64,000 nt of DNA from Gammaproteobacteria bacterium. GTDB taxonomy: Bacteria > Pseudomonadota > Gammaproteobacteria > UBA4575. Position numbers and translations under genes: made by a program. The stretch lies in the NCBI GenBank assembly GCA_965243395.1, contig CBDEUS010000002.1, positions 960,001-1,024,000 on the forward strand, in the 5' to 3' direction. Below are positions 49,521-60,063 of this stretch, piece after piece (the first letter of the stretch is position 1; each line of letters starts with the position of its first letter). The notes below the pieces were generated by a model, which was not told the DNA's origin, did no database searches, and saw nothing but the letters and a program-made list of their open reading frames with translations.

Positions 49521-50627
49521 ATGATTGAATACATACGAAATTGGTATCAGCGACACTTCTCTGACCCGCAAGTAGTCATACTCGCATTATTTATCATTGC
49601 AGGATTCGCTATCATTTTGCTTGCTGGTGATTTGCTAGCGCCTATATTGGCTAGCATCGTGATTGCTTATGTATTGGATGGAGCAGTCGAAATTTTAAGA
49701 CGTGGAAAAATCCCTAGATTTTTGGCACTTGGCTTAGTCTTTTCAGCTTTTATTACGTTGTTATTGATTATTATATTTGGGCTTTTGCCTAAGCTTTCGC
49801 AGCAATTCACTCAATTCTTTCGAGAACTTCCTAATATGATCTCTCAAGGTCAGAATTTAATAATGCAGTTACCAGAGCGTTATCCAAGCATTGCTCAAAT
49901 TTTTACTGAAGAACAGATTAATGAACTTATTTGGTCTATTCGATCACAATTAATTTCTGCAGGACATAATTTTATTAGCCAACCTTTGGAATCCGTAGTG
50001 GGCTTGCTCACAATAATGGTTTATTTGATTCTAGTACCTTTGCTTGTATTCTTTTTTCTTAAAGATAAAGAAAAGATTTTAAATTGGCTGGAGGGATTTT
50101 TGCCTTCAAATCGTGAGCTAACAAATGAAGTTTGGTTTGATGTAAACCAAAAAATTGCAAGCTATATACGCGGTAAGTTCATTGAAATATTTTTGATCTG
50201 GTCAGTCACTTATGTAACGTTTGTATTCCTTGGATTAGAGTACGCTATGCTGCTCTCCTTTTTGGTGGGAATTTCCGTAATCATTCCATATGTAGGTGCA
50301 GCAGTTGTCACCATTCCTATTGCATTTGTCGCATATTTCCAATGGGGCTTTAGTGCTGAGTTCGCTTATCTGCTAATTGCTTACACGGTCATACAATTTT
50401 TAGATGGCAATATTCTGGTTCCCTTACTGTTTTCTGAAGTTGTTAATTTGCATCCGGTAGCAATCATTGCAGCCGTACTTGTCTTTGGAGGTATTTGGGG
50501 ATTATGGGGTGTGTTTTTTGCAATTCCCCTTGCAACATTAATAAATGCTGTAATTAAAGCATGGCCTACAAAAAAGAGTTCTGAAGAAATTCAATCAGAT
50601 GAAACGCAGTCCGCTAAACCTGCTTAA
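49521..50627 (+). CDS. AI-2E family transporter (PerM-like)
   Basis: Polytopic; IPYVG, QFLDGNILVP, LHPVAII, GVFFAIPLA. Confidence 0.9.
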   Translation: MIEYIRNWYQRHFSDPQVVILALFIIAGFAIILLAGDLLAPILASIVIAYVLDGAVEILRRGKIPRFLALGLVFSAFITLLLIIIFGLLPKLSQQFTQFFRELPNMISQGQNLIMQLPERYPSIAQIFTEEQINELIWSIRSQLISAGHNFISQPLESVVGLLTIMVYLILVPLLVFFFLKDKEKILNWLEGFLPSNRELTNEVWFDVNQKIASYIRGKFIEIFLIWSVTYVTFVFLGLEYAMLLSFLVGISVIIPYVGAAVVTIPIAFVAYFQWGFSAEFAYLLIAYTVIQFLDGNILVPLLFSEVVNLHPVAIIAAVLVFGGIWGLWGVFFAIPLATLINAVIKAWPTKKSSEEIQSDETQSAKPA

Positions 50628-50833
50628 ATTTGTTTGTATTAAGATCTATAACAAAACCTGAAACTCACTTAAAAAGCAGATATTTTTATTTGATACAAGT
50701 TTCTTATTTATCGTATCGGTTAAGTTGATATCATTATTTTAATGGGTGTTAAGCTGCCAGATTTCTTGTAATACTATGATTTCATTTGTAATATCGCTCG
50801 CTGCATCAATCAACCAACTTATCGAGGTAGCCT

Positions 50834-51709
50834 GTGTTCCGAGGTAGCATGGTCGCGATGGCGACACCCATGCATGAAGACGGTGCGGTCGACTACGACG
50901 CATTGGCTAAATATATAGAGTTTCATATTGAACATGAAACGGATGCTTTAGTGCCCGCCGGTACGACCGGTGAATCTGCAACACTGGACCATGCTGAGCA
51001 TTGTGAAGTAATAAAATTTGTTGTGGATCAAGTGAAAAGACGTGTTCCGGTAATTGCAGGTACAGGTGCAAATTCTACTCAAGAGGCAATCGATTTAACT
51101 CAGTGTGCGAAAGATGCGGGAGCCGATGCTTGTTTATTAGTATCACCTTACTATAACAAGCCAACTCAAGAGGGTTTAGTGCTGCATCATCAAGCCATAG
51201 CTAAAGCTGTGGCAATACCTCAAATTCTTTATAACGTGCCTGGGCGTACTGCTTGTGATTTGTTGCCAGAAACTGCAATTCGTCTTTCTAAAGTAGATAA
51301 TATTGTGGGTATTAAAGAAGCAACTGGTGAAATCAATCGATGTACACAAATCTTAGATGGTAGTCCTGATGGTTTTATGCTGATTAGTGGGGATGACGAT
51401 TCAGCAATGGAGTTTTTATTATCAGGAGGTTGTGGAGTGATCACCGTTACAGGAAACGTAGCCCCTAAATTATTTCATGATATGTGCATGGCATGTCTCG
51501 ATGGTGATCGACACAAAGCACAAGAGATAAATGCTAAATTAGAAAAGTTGAACAAGGACTTATTTGTTGAGTCTAATCCTATACCGGTTAAATGGTGTTT
51601 AACCGAAATGGGCTTATTTCCCTCAGGCGTGCGTTTACCTATGACCACTTTATCTGCTCAGTATCATGACACCTTACGGCAAGCACTATCGGCTGCTGGT
51701 TCAATATAA
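50834..51709 (+). CDS. dapA: 4-hydroxy-tetrahydrodipicolinate synthase
   Basis: GTTGES, PYYNKP, YNVPGRT, GIKEA, NPIPVK. Confidence 0.97.
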   Translation: MFRGSMVAMATPMHEDGAVDYDALAKYIEFHIEHETDALVPAGTTGESATLDHAEHCEVIKFVVDQVKRRVPVIAGTGANSTQEAIDLTQCAKDAGADACLLVSPYYNKPTQEGLVLHHQAIAKAVAIPQILYNVPGRTACDLLPETAIRLSKVDNIVGIKEATGEINRCTQILDGSPDGFMLISGDDDSAMEFLLSGGCGVITVTGNVAPKLFHDMCMACLDGDRHKAQEINAKLEKLNKDLFVESNPIPVKWCLTEMGLFPSGVRLPMTTLSAQYHDTLRQALSAAGSI

Positions 51710-51730
51710 ATATATAAGGATCATAAATTA

Positions 51731-52777
51731 GTGCGAAAAATTTACATCATTTGCATTTTATTTTCTTTACTACAAATTAATGCGTGTGGATTTTTACAGC
51801 TTGGCTCGGACTATGCTGATGCTGGTTCCACCAACCCATTAGAAGCTCCACCTGATTTAGTTACACCACAGTGGGAAGATAGTTTAGAAATACCTAAAAC
51901 TGCAAATGATCGCGTGAGCGCATTAGAGACTCAAGGGCCAGCATTAGGTGCAGCAGTATTGCCCGAATTTGTTGATGTGCGCGTACGTCGTGAAGGACCT
52001 ACAACTTGGTTAGAAGTAGATAGCGATCCTGTTTCTCTATGGCCGGCAATTCGAAGCTTTTGGCAAGATCAAGGTTATCCAATTGGTGCTGATGAACCTT
52101 TGTTGGGTTATATCGAAACGGAATGGAAGCAACATACAGATCGTTCATTTAGTAGTGAGACCAATCAAGAAAGTTATGATGTAATTGGTGAAAAATTTCG
52201 AACCCGTCTTGAGCGTCAACCCAATGCGGTTACGAATATTTTCTTAACTCATCGTGGTGCTGAAGTTGCAGCCATAAATAAGCAAAATCAAATTTTATGG
52301 AAACCACAAGCACCTAATGGTGAGCGCGAAACTGAAATGATGATCCGCTTAATGGAGTTTTTGGGTAATACAAGACTAGAAGCACAACAGAAACTCGCTG
52401 GAGCTGACGCACAGTTTTTGTATCTTGATATTAAAGATATCGGTGGCGTACCTGTACTTGTTGTTGGTGATATTTATTCACGTGTTTGGCGACGTACCGG
52501 GGTAGCGTTAGATCGTTCTGGTTTAGTGGTTGAAGATCATGATCGCAATAAAGGCGTTTACTTTGTTGCAGTTGATCTTGCGCCTGTGGGTGTGCCAGTT
52601 GAGGAAGCAAACACAGAGAAAGTGTTTTATGAAATCCACTTATTGGGTCAAGGAAAGCAGACATTAATTACTGCACATCAAGTCGATCAAGAAGAAGGTG
52701 TAATCACTCCAGAAACAGCAAGGCAGTTGTTGAAGCGGGTGGTGGCTGCGTATCCTGGGAGTTATCCAAATTCCTAG
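51731..52777 (+). CDS. bamC: Outer membrane protein assembly lipoprotein BamC (NlpB)
   Basis: Lipobox INAC, LEAPPDL, IETEW, WRRTGVALDR; directly after dapA. Confidence 0.85.
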   Translation: MRKIYIICILFSLLQINACGFLQLGSDYADAGSTNPLEAPPDLVTPQWEDSLEIPKTANDRVSALETQGPALGAAVLPEFVDVRVRREGPTTWLEVDSDPVSLWPAIRSFWQDQGYPIGADEPLLGYIETEWKQHTDRSFSSETNQESYDVIGEKFRTRLERQPNAVTNIFLTHRGAEVAAINKQNQILWKPQAPNGERETEMMIRLMEFLGNTRLEAQQKLAGADAQFLYLDIKDIGGVPVLVVGDIYSRVWRRTGVALDRSGLVVEDHDRNKGVYFVAVDLAPVGVPVEEANTEKVFYEIHLLGQGKQTLITAHQVDQEEGVITPETARQLLKRVVAAYPGSYPNS

Positions 52778-52913
52778 ATGAATGAAGCCCTGAATTAGCT
52801 TTATGCTTCGTTAAATTAATTTTTCAAAATACTCATTTACGAATTTGTAAACTCCGTTTTTTAAAAATTAATTTGTCTTGCCTAAAACTAATTCAGAACT
52901 TCTTTGTATTCAT
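52778..52913. repeat. Long nested inverted repeat, MITE/REP-like
   Basis: 52790-52803 pairs with 52883-52896 (13/14), 52813-52824 with 52863-52874 (12/12), central TTTAC/GTAAA. Confidence 0.65.
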
Positions 52914-52974
52914 TTAAGTCTTTTAAACTTATATATGCCTGATCTCCATACATGGCCTTAGAAGCGATTAGTTG

Positions 52975-54843
52975 CTAAGAAGTTTGTTTTGTTTTTTCTT
53001 CTGTAAATTCTTTAATTGATTTCAATATAGATTCAGCATCTAAACCTGCTTCTTCTAGTAGTTCCTCGCGTGATGCGTGATTTTGGTATGCATCAGGTAA
53101 GCCTAGGTTTTTAATTTTCACAGTTTTATTTTTAGCTAATACTTCATTCACCGTACTTCCAGCACCCCCGGCAATAACATTATCTTCAACAGTAATGAGA
53201 TACTTGTGTTGCTGGGCAATTTTTTTGACAAGTGCATTATCAATTGGCTTAACGAAACGCATATTCACCACCGTAGCATTAAGTTTTTCACCAGCCTGTA
53301 ATGCGTCATATACCGGACTGCCGAAAACTAATATCGCAATATCTTTTCCTTCGCGTAAGACTTTTGCTTTTCCAATTTCAATTTCTCGCATATCTGGAGA
53401 AACAGGAGCGCCAGGTCCACTACCACGCGGATAACGCACTGCTGTTGGGCAATCTTGCAGATGTGCGGTGTACAGCATGCGTCGAGTTTCATTTTCATCC
53501 GCTGGGGTCATGACAATCATATTGGGTATGCAACGAAGGTAAGTTAAGTCAAAACTTCCTGCATGAGTTTGACCGTCTGGTCCCACTACACCGGCACGAT
53601 CGATTGCAAACACAACAGGTAAGTTTTGCACTGCTACATCATGAATCAGTTGGTCATAAGCACGTTGTAAAAAGGTCGAATAAATTGCTACTACTGGTTT
53701 TAATTTTTCACATGCCATACCAGCAGCAAGGGTTACTGCGTGTTGCTCGGCAATTGCAACATCAAAATAACGATCAGGGAATTTTTTTGAAAACTCCACT
53801 AAACCAGAACCTTCACGCATAGCAGGGGTTATGGCCATTACCCGTTCATCTTGTTCAGCAATATCGCAAATCCAATCGCTAAATACTTTTGTATAAGTTG
53901 TTTTGGGTTTTTTGTTTGATTTTACGACTCCAACACTAGGGTCGAATGAAGGTACAGCATGATAACCAACGGGGTCTGATTCAGCTTTTTCATAACCTTT
54001 ACCTTTGCGTGTAACGATATGCAAGAGGCGTGGGCCTTGTAAGCGTTTTAAGTTTTGCAGTGTTTTCACTAAGCCTGAAACATCATGACCATCAACCGGG
54101 CCAAAATAATTTACACCCATTTCCTCAAACAATGTTCCAGGTGCAATCATGCCTTTAATATGTTCTTCAGTGCGTTTAGCTAACTCATGCATAGGAGGAA
54201 TTGGCTCTAATAATTTTTTGCTACCTTCACGCATAGTTGAAAAGACACGTCCCGATAACATGCGTGTTAAATAATTTGTCATCGCACCAACATTCGGTGA
54301 AATAGACATTTCATTATCATTTAAAATAACAAGTAAGTCGGCTCGGCAAGCACCTAAATGATTTAGCGCTTCATAAGCCAATCCTGCTGTAAGTCCACCA
54401 TCACCTATTATTGCTACTACTTTTCGTTTGTCAGTATGTTGACTTGCAATCGCCATGCCGAGTGCTGCACTGATCGAGGTACTGGAATGACCAACGCCAA
54501 AATGATCATACTCACTCTCACTACGTTTAGGGAATGGAGCTAATCCGCCCTTGGTGCGAATAGTAGTAATTTGATTTTTACGCCCGGTAAGAATTTTATG
54601 TGGATAACATTGATGACCGACATCCCAAACAATACGGTCGTGAGGTGTATTAAAAACATAATGTAATGCTGTGGTTATTTCTATTGCGCCAAGCCCCGCT
54701 GCAAAGTGTCCTCCACTGGTAGCTACAGAATCTAATAAATAAGACCTTAATTCTTGCGCAACTGCAGGCAGTTGTTTGGCATCAAGCGCTCGCAAATCCG
54801 CAGGGAAAGTGATGTTATCTAGTAAAGGATATGACTGGCTCAT
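52975..54843 (-). CDS. dxs: 1-deoxy-D-xylulose-5-phosphate synthase
   Basis: [25 protein letters not shown]...[21 protein letters not shown]. Confidence 0.98.
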   Translation of the reverse strand: MSQSYPLLDNITFPADLRALDAKQLPAVAQELRSYLLDSVATSGGHFAAGLGAIEITTALHYVFNTPHDRIVWDVGHQCYPHKILTGRKNQITTIRTKGGLAPFPKRSESEYDHFGVGHSSTSISAALGMAIASQHTDKRKVVAIIGDGGLTAGLAYEALNHLGACRADLLVILNDNEMSISPNVGAMTNYLTRMLSGRVFSTMREGSKKLLEPIPPMHELAKRTEEHIKGMIAPGTLFEEMGVNYFGPVDGHDVSGLVKTLQNLKRLQGPRLLHIVTRKGKGYEKAESDPVGYHAVPSFDPSVGVVKSNKKPKTTYTKVFSDWICDIAEQDERVMAITPAMREGSGLVEFSKKFPDRYFDVAIAEQHAVTLAAGMACEKLKPVVAIYSTFLQRAYDQLIHDVAVQNLPVVFAIDRAGVVGPDGQTHAGSFDLTYLRCIPNMIVMTPADENETRRMLYTAHLQDCPTAVRYPRGSGPGAPVSPDMREIEIGKAKVLREGKDIAILVFGSPVYDALQAGEKLNATVVNMRFVKPIDNALVKKIAQQHKYLITVEDNVIAGGAGSTVNEVLAKNKTVKIKNLGLPDAYQNHASREELLEEAGLDAESILKSIKEFTEEKTKQTS

Positions 54844-54863
54844 ATTGAGGAATATATTTAAAT

Positions 54864-55772
54864 TTATGAATCGCGCGTTACCATGTACTCGCTTATCGCA
54901 CGTAAATTTTGAGCACGTTCATCCAATTCTTTAATTTCTTCTAGTGCTTGTTGTAATAAATTATTAGCGCTAAGTTCAGCTTGTGCTATTCCCACAATGC
55001 TAGGGTAGGTGGGTTTATTTTGTGCAGCATCTGAACCTTGTGGCTTACCTAACGTTACCGTGTCTGATTGAATATCTAAAATATCATCACGTATTTGAAA
55101 GGCGAGTCCAACTTTTTCCGAAAAATGCGCAAAATGTGCATACATTTCAGGGTCATTTATATCACTAGCCACTACGGCCATTAAAACACTCGTTTGTATT
55201 AATGCTGCAGTTTTCAAGGTGTGCATATTCGTAATTTGTGATTCATTTAATTGCTTATTGACGGAAGCCAAGTCAATTGCTTGACCACCTGCCATACCTA
55301 AAGAGCCAGAAGATTTTGCAAGTAGCTGAATCATTTTGACACGTTGATCATCTGTAATTTCTGCATTTGCAAGAATGCTAAATGCAAGTGCTTGGATTGC
55401 ATCTCCCGCAAGAATAGCGGTCGCTTCAGTAAATGCTTTATGACAAGTCGGGCGGCCACGACGTAAATCATCATTATCCATGGCGGGTAAATCGTCATGG
55501 ATCAGAGAATAACTATGCATTAGCTCTACGGCGCAGGCTGCACAGTCTAAATTGGTTAAGTTACAGCTAAGGGCTTCACCTGTTGCATACACTAGGGCAG
55601 GCCGGATTCGTTTACCGCCGCCTAACACCGAGTAACGCATAGCTTGATGCAGCGTCTTAGGTGAGTCAGTATCTTTTGGTAATTCAATTTCTAGCTGCTG
55701 ATTGACGCGATTAGCATATAGATTAATTAAATCTTCTACGCATAATTGCTCAGCAATAGCTGCACCGATCAT
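54864..55772 (-). CDS. ispA: Farnesyl diphosphate synthase
   Basis: [31 protein letters not shown]; xseB-ispA-dxs operon. Confidence 0.95.
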   Translation of the reverse strand: MIGAAIAEQLCVEDLINLYANRVNQQLEIELPKDTDSPKTLHQAMRYSVLGGGKRIRPALVYATGEALSCNLTNLDCAACAVELMHSYSLIHDDLPAMDNDDLRRGRPTCHKAFTEATAILAGDAIQALAFSILANAEITDDQRVKMIQLLAKSSGSLGMAGGQAIDLASVNKQLNESQITNMHTLKTAALIQTSVLMAVVASDINDPEMYAHFAHFSEKVGLAFQIRDDILDIQSDTVTLGKPQGSDAAQNKPTYPSIVGIAQAELSANNLLQQALEEIKELDERAQNLRAISEYMVTRDS

Positions 55773-55773
55773 T

Positions 55774-56031
55774 TCATTCGTCTTTAGGATTTTCATTGCT
55801 GTCGAAATCCTTTTCTACCCAATCTTTATTTTCTTTATTAAGCACTGAAATTTTTTGTTCAGCAGTTTGTAAAGCTTGGCGACACTCTCGTGTTAGCTTT
55901 ACACCTTGTTCAAAGTTTTTCAGAGAATCTTCTAATGACAAATCGCCTTTTTCTAACTTATCAACCAAAGTTTCAAGTTCTTTTAAAGATTTTTCAAAAT
56001 CAATAGTTTTAGCAGTTGGTTTACGTGCCAC
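55774..56031 (-). CDS. xseB: Exodeoxyribonuclease VII small subunit
   Basis: FEKSLKELETLVDKLEKGDLSLEDSL..FEQGVKL. Confidence 0.95.
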   Translation of the reverse strand: MARKPTAKTIDFEKSLKELETLVDKLEKGDLSLEDSLKNFEQGVKLTRECRQALQTAEQKISVLNKENKDWVEKDFDSNENPKDE

Positions 56032-56088
56032 AATAATTCCTATATTTTTAATGAATCACTTATTTTGATATCTCGGTGATAGGTCTAG

Positions 56089-56143
56089 TTGACATGCTTT
56101 TAGACCTGTTCTAAAGTTCCATAAAGTTTAGACTAAGTCTAAA
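56089..56143 (+). promoter_or_regulatory. Sigma-70 promoter of the rubrerythrin operon with two 7-3-7 operator boxes
   Basis: TTGACA (56089)-N17-TAAAGT (56112); TTTAGAC-CTG-TTCTAAA (56099-56115) and TTTAGAC-TAA-GTCTAAA (56127-56143). Confidence 0.7.
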
Positions 56144-56207
56144 TCAGAATAAAATCGGCAAATTCATCATGTCTTTGCTGTAATCATAATAGCTGGAGGT
56201 AGCGATA

Positions 56208-56624
56208 ATGTCTCTAAAAGGCAGTAAAACAGAAGAAAATCTAAAAGCCGCATTTGCGGGCGAATCACAGGCGAATCGTCGATATTTATATTTTGCAGCT
56301 AAGGCTGACGTAGAAGGTTACAACGATGTGTCCGCTGTATTTCGCTCAACTGCGGAAGGGGAAACGGGTCATGCTCATGGACATCTGGAATATCTAGAAG
56401 AATGTGGTGATCCTGCTACTGGATTACCCATTGGTGGAACTAGTGATAATTTAAAAGCCGCAATCGCTGGCGAAACTCACGAATATACCGATATGTATCC
56501 AGGCATGGCAAAAACCGCTCGTGAAGAAAGTTTTGATGAGGTTGCAGATTGGTTTGAAACACTTGCTAAAGCTGAGCGTTCCCATGCAAACCGTTTCCAA
56601 AAAGCATTAGATACTTTAGATTAA
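56208..56624 (+). CDS. Short rubrerythrin (di-iron, no rubredoxin domain)
   Basis: [37 protein letters not shown]. Confidence 0.93.
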   Translation: MSLKGSKTEENLKAAFAGESQANRRYLYFAAKADVEGYNDVSAVFRSTAEGETGHAHGHLEYLEECGDPATGLPIGGTSDNLKAAIAGETHEYTDMYPGMAKTAREESFDEVADWFETLAKAERSHANRFQKALDTLD

Positions 56625-56730
56625 GTTAGATTTAACAACACTTAATTGTCGATAAGATTTTGCAGAGTACAAACCGTAATTATGCGGTTTGTACAATGCA
56701 GAAGTTTTCAAAAACACAACAGGATTTTTT

Positions 56731-58056
56731 ATGAGAGAGGGTAGCTTAGAAGCACCTACAAGACATCCTATTGATTGGCAAGATCCAAAGTTTTATGACG
56801 AAGAGGATCTCAATGCAGAATTAGAACGTGTTTATGATATTTGTCATGGATGCAGACGCTGTGTAAGTCTGTGTAATTCTTTTCCAACATTATTTGATTT
56901 AGTGGATGAATCCGACACCATGGAAGTAGATGGTGTTGCAAAAGAAGATTACATCAAAGTAGTTGATCATTGTTATTTATGTGATCTCTGTTTTTTAACT
57001 AAATGTCCTTATGTGCCGCCACATGAATGGAATGTGGATTTCCCGCATTTAATGCTACGTGCAAAAGCTATCAAGTTTAAAAAGCAGGGAGCGTCTAAGC
57101 GAGACAACATGTTGAGCAACACTGACAAAAACGGCAGGTTCTATGGAATTCCTGTTGTTGCACAAACGGTCAATGCTGTGAATAAAAATACCATTGCACG
57201 TAAACAAATTAAAAAGTCACTAGGTATTCACCCTGATGCATACTTGCCTGGCTATGTAAGTAAACCTGCAAAAAAGCAGTTCGCTAAACATCAATCTACC
57301 GTAAGTCCAACTGCTGTGGGCAGCACTACAGGCAAAGTTGCTATTTATACAACCTGTTATGGGAATCATAATGAACCAGAGCTGGTGGAAGGACTCATCA
57401 AAATTTTTGAGCACAATAACATTGCAGCCAAAATTATCACTCAAGATAAGTGTTGTAGTATGCCTAAATTAGAATTAGGGGATTTAGCTTCCGTTGCTGC
57501 AAACAAAGAACACAATATTCCCATATTATTAGATGTGATCCACGACGGCTGGGATATTATCGCTCCTGTTCCTTCTTGCGTGTTGATGTTTAAACAAGAA
57601 TTACCTTTGATGTTTCCCGAAGATGAAGCCTTAAAGAAAGTGCAACAATCAATTTTTGATCCGTTTGAATATCTAGCGCTACGTCACAAAGAAGAGCTGC
57701 TCAATACAGAATTTAAAACCTCACTTGGAAAAGTTTCCTATCACGCTCCGTGCCACTTACGTGTACAAAATATGGGAAATAAAACACGCGATATTTTGAG
57801 CTTAGTGCCAGATACTGAAATTGAGCTCATTGAACGATGTGCTGGGCATGACGGCACCTATGCGGTTAAGGAAGAATTTCATGAGGTGTCAATGAAAATT
57901 GCAAGGCCGGTGGTAAATAAAATTAAGAAAAATGAACCCGACTATTTTTCTAGTGATTGCCCTTTAGCAGGCCATCATCTAGCAAATGGTATCGATAAAA
58001 ATCAATCTTCACCAACCCATCCTATATCGTTGCTAAAAATTGCTTACGGACTATAA
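56731..58056 (+). CDS. Rubrerythrin-associated Fe-S oxidoreductase (GlpC/HdrD-like, CCG domains)
   Basis: CHGCRRCVSLC and CYLCDLC..KCP ferredoxin motifs, CC and HAPCH motifs; ATG 56731 preferred. Confidence 0.88.
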   Translation: MREGSLEAPTRHPIDWQDPKFYDEEDLNAELERVYDICHGCRRCVSLCNSFPTLFDLVDESDTMEVDGVAKEDYIKVVDHCYLCDLCFLTKCPYVPPHEWNVDFPHLMLRAKAIKFKKQGASKRDNMLSNTDKNGRFYGIPVVAQTVNAVNKNTIARKQIKKSLGIHPDAYLPGYVSKPAKKQFAKHQSTVSPTAVGSTTGKVAIYTTCYGNHNEPELVEGLIKIFEHNNIAAKIITQDKCCSMPKLELGDLASVAANKEHNIPILLDVIHDGWDIIAPVPSCVLMFKQELPLMFPEDEALKKVQQSIFDPFEYLALRHKEELLNTEFKTSLGKVSYHAPCHLRVQNMGNKTRDILSLVPDTEIELIERCAGHDGTYAVKEEFHEVSMKIARPVVNKIKKNEPDYFSSDCPLAGHHLANGIDKNQSSPTHPISLLKIAYGL

Positions 58057-58064
58057 ATCCAAAA

Positions 58065-58649
58065 ATGGAAAAACTCACACGACAAGACTTACATTCTTTG
58101 GAAGACTATTCTGCTATGCGTGATGAATTTCGTGCACAAGTGATTCAACATAAAAAAAATAGAGTGTTACAAGTGGGTCCTAATGTCACTATGCATTTTG
58201 AAGATCGTCTTGTAATGCATTACCAAATTCAAGAAATGTTGCGTGCAGAAAAAATATTTGAAAGTGATGGCATACAGGAAGAATTAGATGCCTATAATCC
58301 AATGATTCCAGATGGTAGTAACTGGAAAGTCACCTTTATGATCGAGTTCCCTGATCCTGAAGAGCGTGCTGTGCGTTTAAAAGAGCTGTTAGGAATTGAA
58401 GATACTACTTATGTACAAGTATCAGGATATGAAAAAGTACATCCAATTTCAGATGAAGACTTACCACGTGAAACGGCAGAAAAAACTTCATCAGTACATT
58501 TCATGCGTTTTGAATTAACATCTGAGATGGTAAGTGCTTTGAAAGACGGCGCAGCAATAAGTGCAGGGATTGACCATCCTAAATATCAGCATGCGATTGA
58601 AGCTTTACCGATTTCAATGAGAGATTCTTTAGTTGCTGATTTGGATTAA
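58065..58649 (+). CDS. DUF3501-family protein
   Basis: YQIQEMLRAE, ELDAYNP, KTSSVHFMRF; third gene of the rubrerythrin triad. Confidence 0.85.
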   Translation: MEKLTRQDLHSLEDYSAMRDEFRAQVIQHKKNRVLQVGPNVTMHFEDRLVMHYQIQEMLRAEKIFESDGIQEELDAYNPMIPDGSNWKVTFMIEFPDPEERAVRLKELLGIEDTTYVQVSGYEKVHPISDEDLPRETAEKTSSVHFMRFELTSEMVSALKDGAAISAGIDHPKYQHAIEALPISMRDSLVADLD

Positions 58650-58674
58650 TTGATGAGTGCGTGGAAGCGCAAAT

Positions 58675-59097
58675 TTAATATTCTAGCTTTTGTTTTAGTA
58701 GGTATTGCACGAAGCTAATTCGAGATTGCCTGTTTTTCCTCACTTTATGATGTTCACACCATTTCGCATAATCTTTAGCTTTAACCTTTACGCGTTCAAA
58801 AGGTTTGCTGCGACGAAGTAAGGCGAGGGTGGCTTTATCTGCGTTACTTAACCATTGTTGATATGTGTTATGTAGTGTTTCAGGATCCTCACAAATCTTT
58901 TTTATTTTTTTCCACTCATTTTCATCGTACCAAGGAATAGCGATTACACTTAATTCAGATGTTTCTGAATAGCGATTAATTTTACGAAAAGTGACCCATG
59001 GCATGCCTATTGTATCTGCCATTCTCTTAATCGTAGAGTCGCCTTGGAAAAACTTCATATATTCTTTTATCTGCTTGAGTAGTATTAGCTTAAGCAA
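58675..59097 (-). CDS. Hypothetical protein (start probably downstream of 59097)
   Basis: Open frame filling the gap between DUF3501 and fdhD; soluble and Trp-rich; no family recognised. Confidence 0.5.
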   Translation of the reverse strand: MLKLILLKQIKEYMKFFQGDSTIKRMADTIGMPWVTFRKINRYSETSELSVIAIPWYDENEWKKIKKICEDPETLHNTYQQWLSNADKATLALLRRSKPFERVKVKAKDYAKWCEHHKVRKNRQSRISFVQYLLKQKLEY

Positions 59098-59212
59098 AAA
59101 AGATTAGAAGATATGTTTTGACCAGATATAAGGAATACTAAAGAGGTTTAAAATGAGCTTTTCTGATTTAAATTCAAGATAAAAAAATCAACCCAATCGT
59201 TAGAAATGGATA

Positions 59213-60061
59213 TCATTTGCGAATATTCACACGTTTAGGTAATTCGTCGAACTCAATCTGCTCTTCACCATTGTAGACAAGAAAGGCTTTGCCTTTTGCG
59301 CGGGCGATCATAACGATGCCTAAGTCTCGTGCCAGTTCTAAGCCCATATTCGTAACACCGGATCGTGAAAGTAAAACGGGGATGCCCATGTTGGCAGATT
59401 TCATCACCATTTCTGAAGTTAAACGTCCAGTGGTGTAAAAAATTTTGTCATCGCCTTGCTGGTGTTCCAGCCACATCCAACCTGAAATGGCATCTGCAGC
59501 ATTATGTCGACCCACATCTTCAACGAATTTTAAAATTTCAGTGTCTTTGCATAAGGCACAACCATGTACCGCACCGGCTTTTTTATAAATATCATTAAAT
59601 TTGGTGATTGCAGCCAGTAATTCATAAATTTTAGATTGTTTTAGTGAAACCTTTGGAAGTTTTTCATCATAAAGCTTATCTAATGTGCAACTGAATACAG
59701 TACCTTGTCCACAACCAGAAGTTACCGTGCGTTTACTGAGCTTTTCTTCCCAATCAGTAATTTCTTTTTCAGGCATCAGATTTACATCAACACGTTCTTT
59801 GTTCCAATCCACACTTACCGATTCAATATCTGTAATGTTTTCTAGCAAGCGTTGATTACGTAAATAACCCAGTGCCAATTCTTCAGGGTGTGTGCCGAGC
59901 GTCATTAAAGTAACAATTTCTCGATCGTTCACTTTCAAAGTTAATGGTGATTCTCCGGCTACATGCACTTCTTTATTTTCACCAAATTGATTTATGGCAT
60001 TTACTGCATGTGTGGGCGATAAGCCCTGTTGTGAAAGTTTGGGTCGATAGACTTTATCCAT
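59213..60061 (-). CDS. fdhD: Formate dehydrogenase accessory sulfurtransferase
   Basis: TSGCGQG, GAVHGCA, EDVGRHNA, TGRLTSEMV. Confidence 0.93.
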   Translation of the reverse strand: MDKVYRPKLSQQGLSPTHAVNAINQFGENKEVHVAGESPLTLKVNDREIVTLMTLGTHPEELALGYLRNQRLLENITDIESVSVDWNKERVDVNLMPEKEITDWEEKLSKRTVTSGCGQGTVFSCTLDKLYDEKLPKVSLKQSKIYELLAAITKFNDIYKKAGAVHGCALCKDTEILKFVEDVGRHNAADAISGWMWLEHQQGDDKIFYTTGRLTSEMVMKSANMGIPVLLSRSGVTNMGLELARDLGIVMIARAKGKAFLVYNGEEQIEFDELPKRVNIRK

Positions 60062-60063
60062 GG

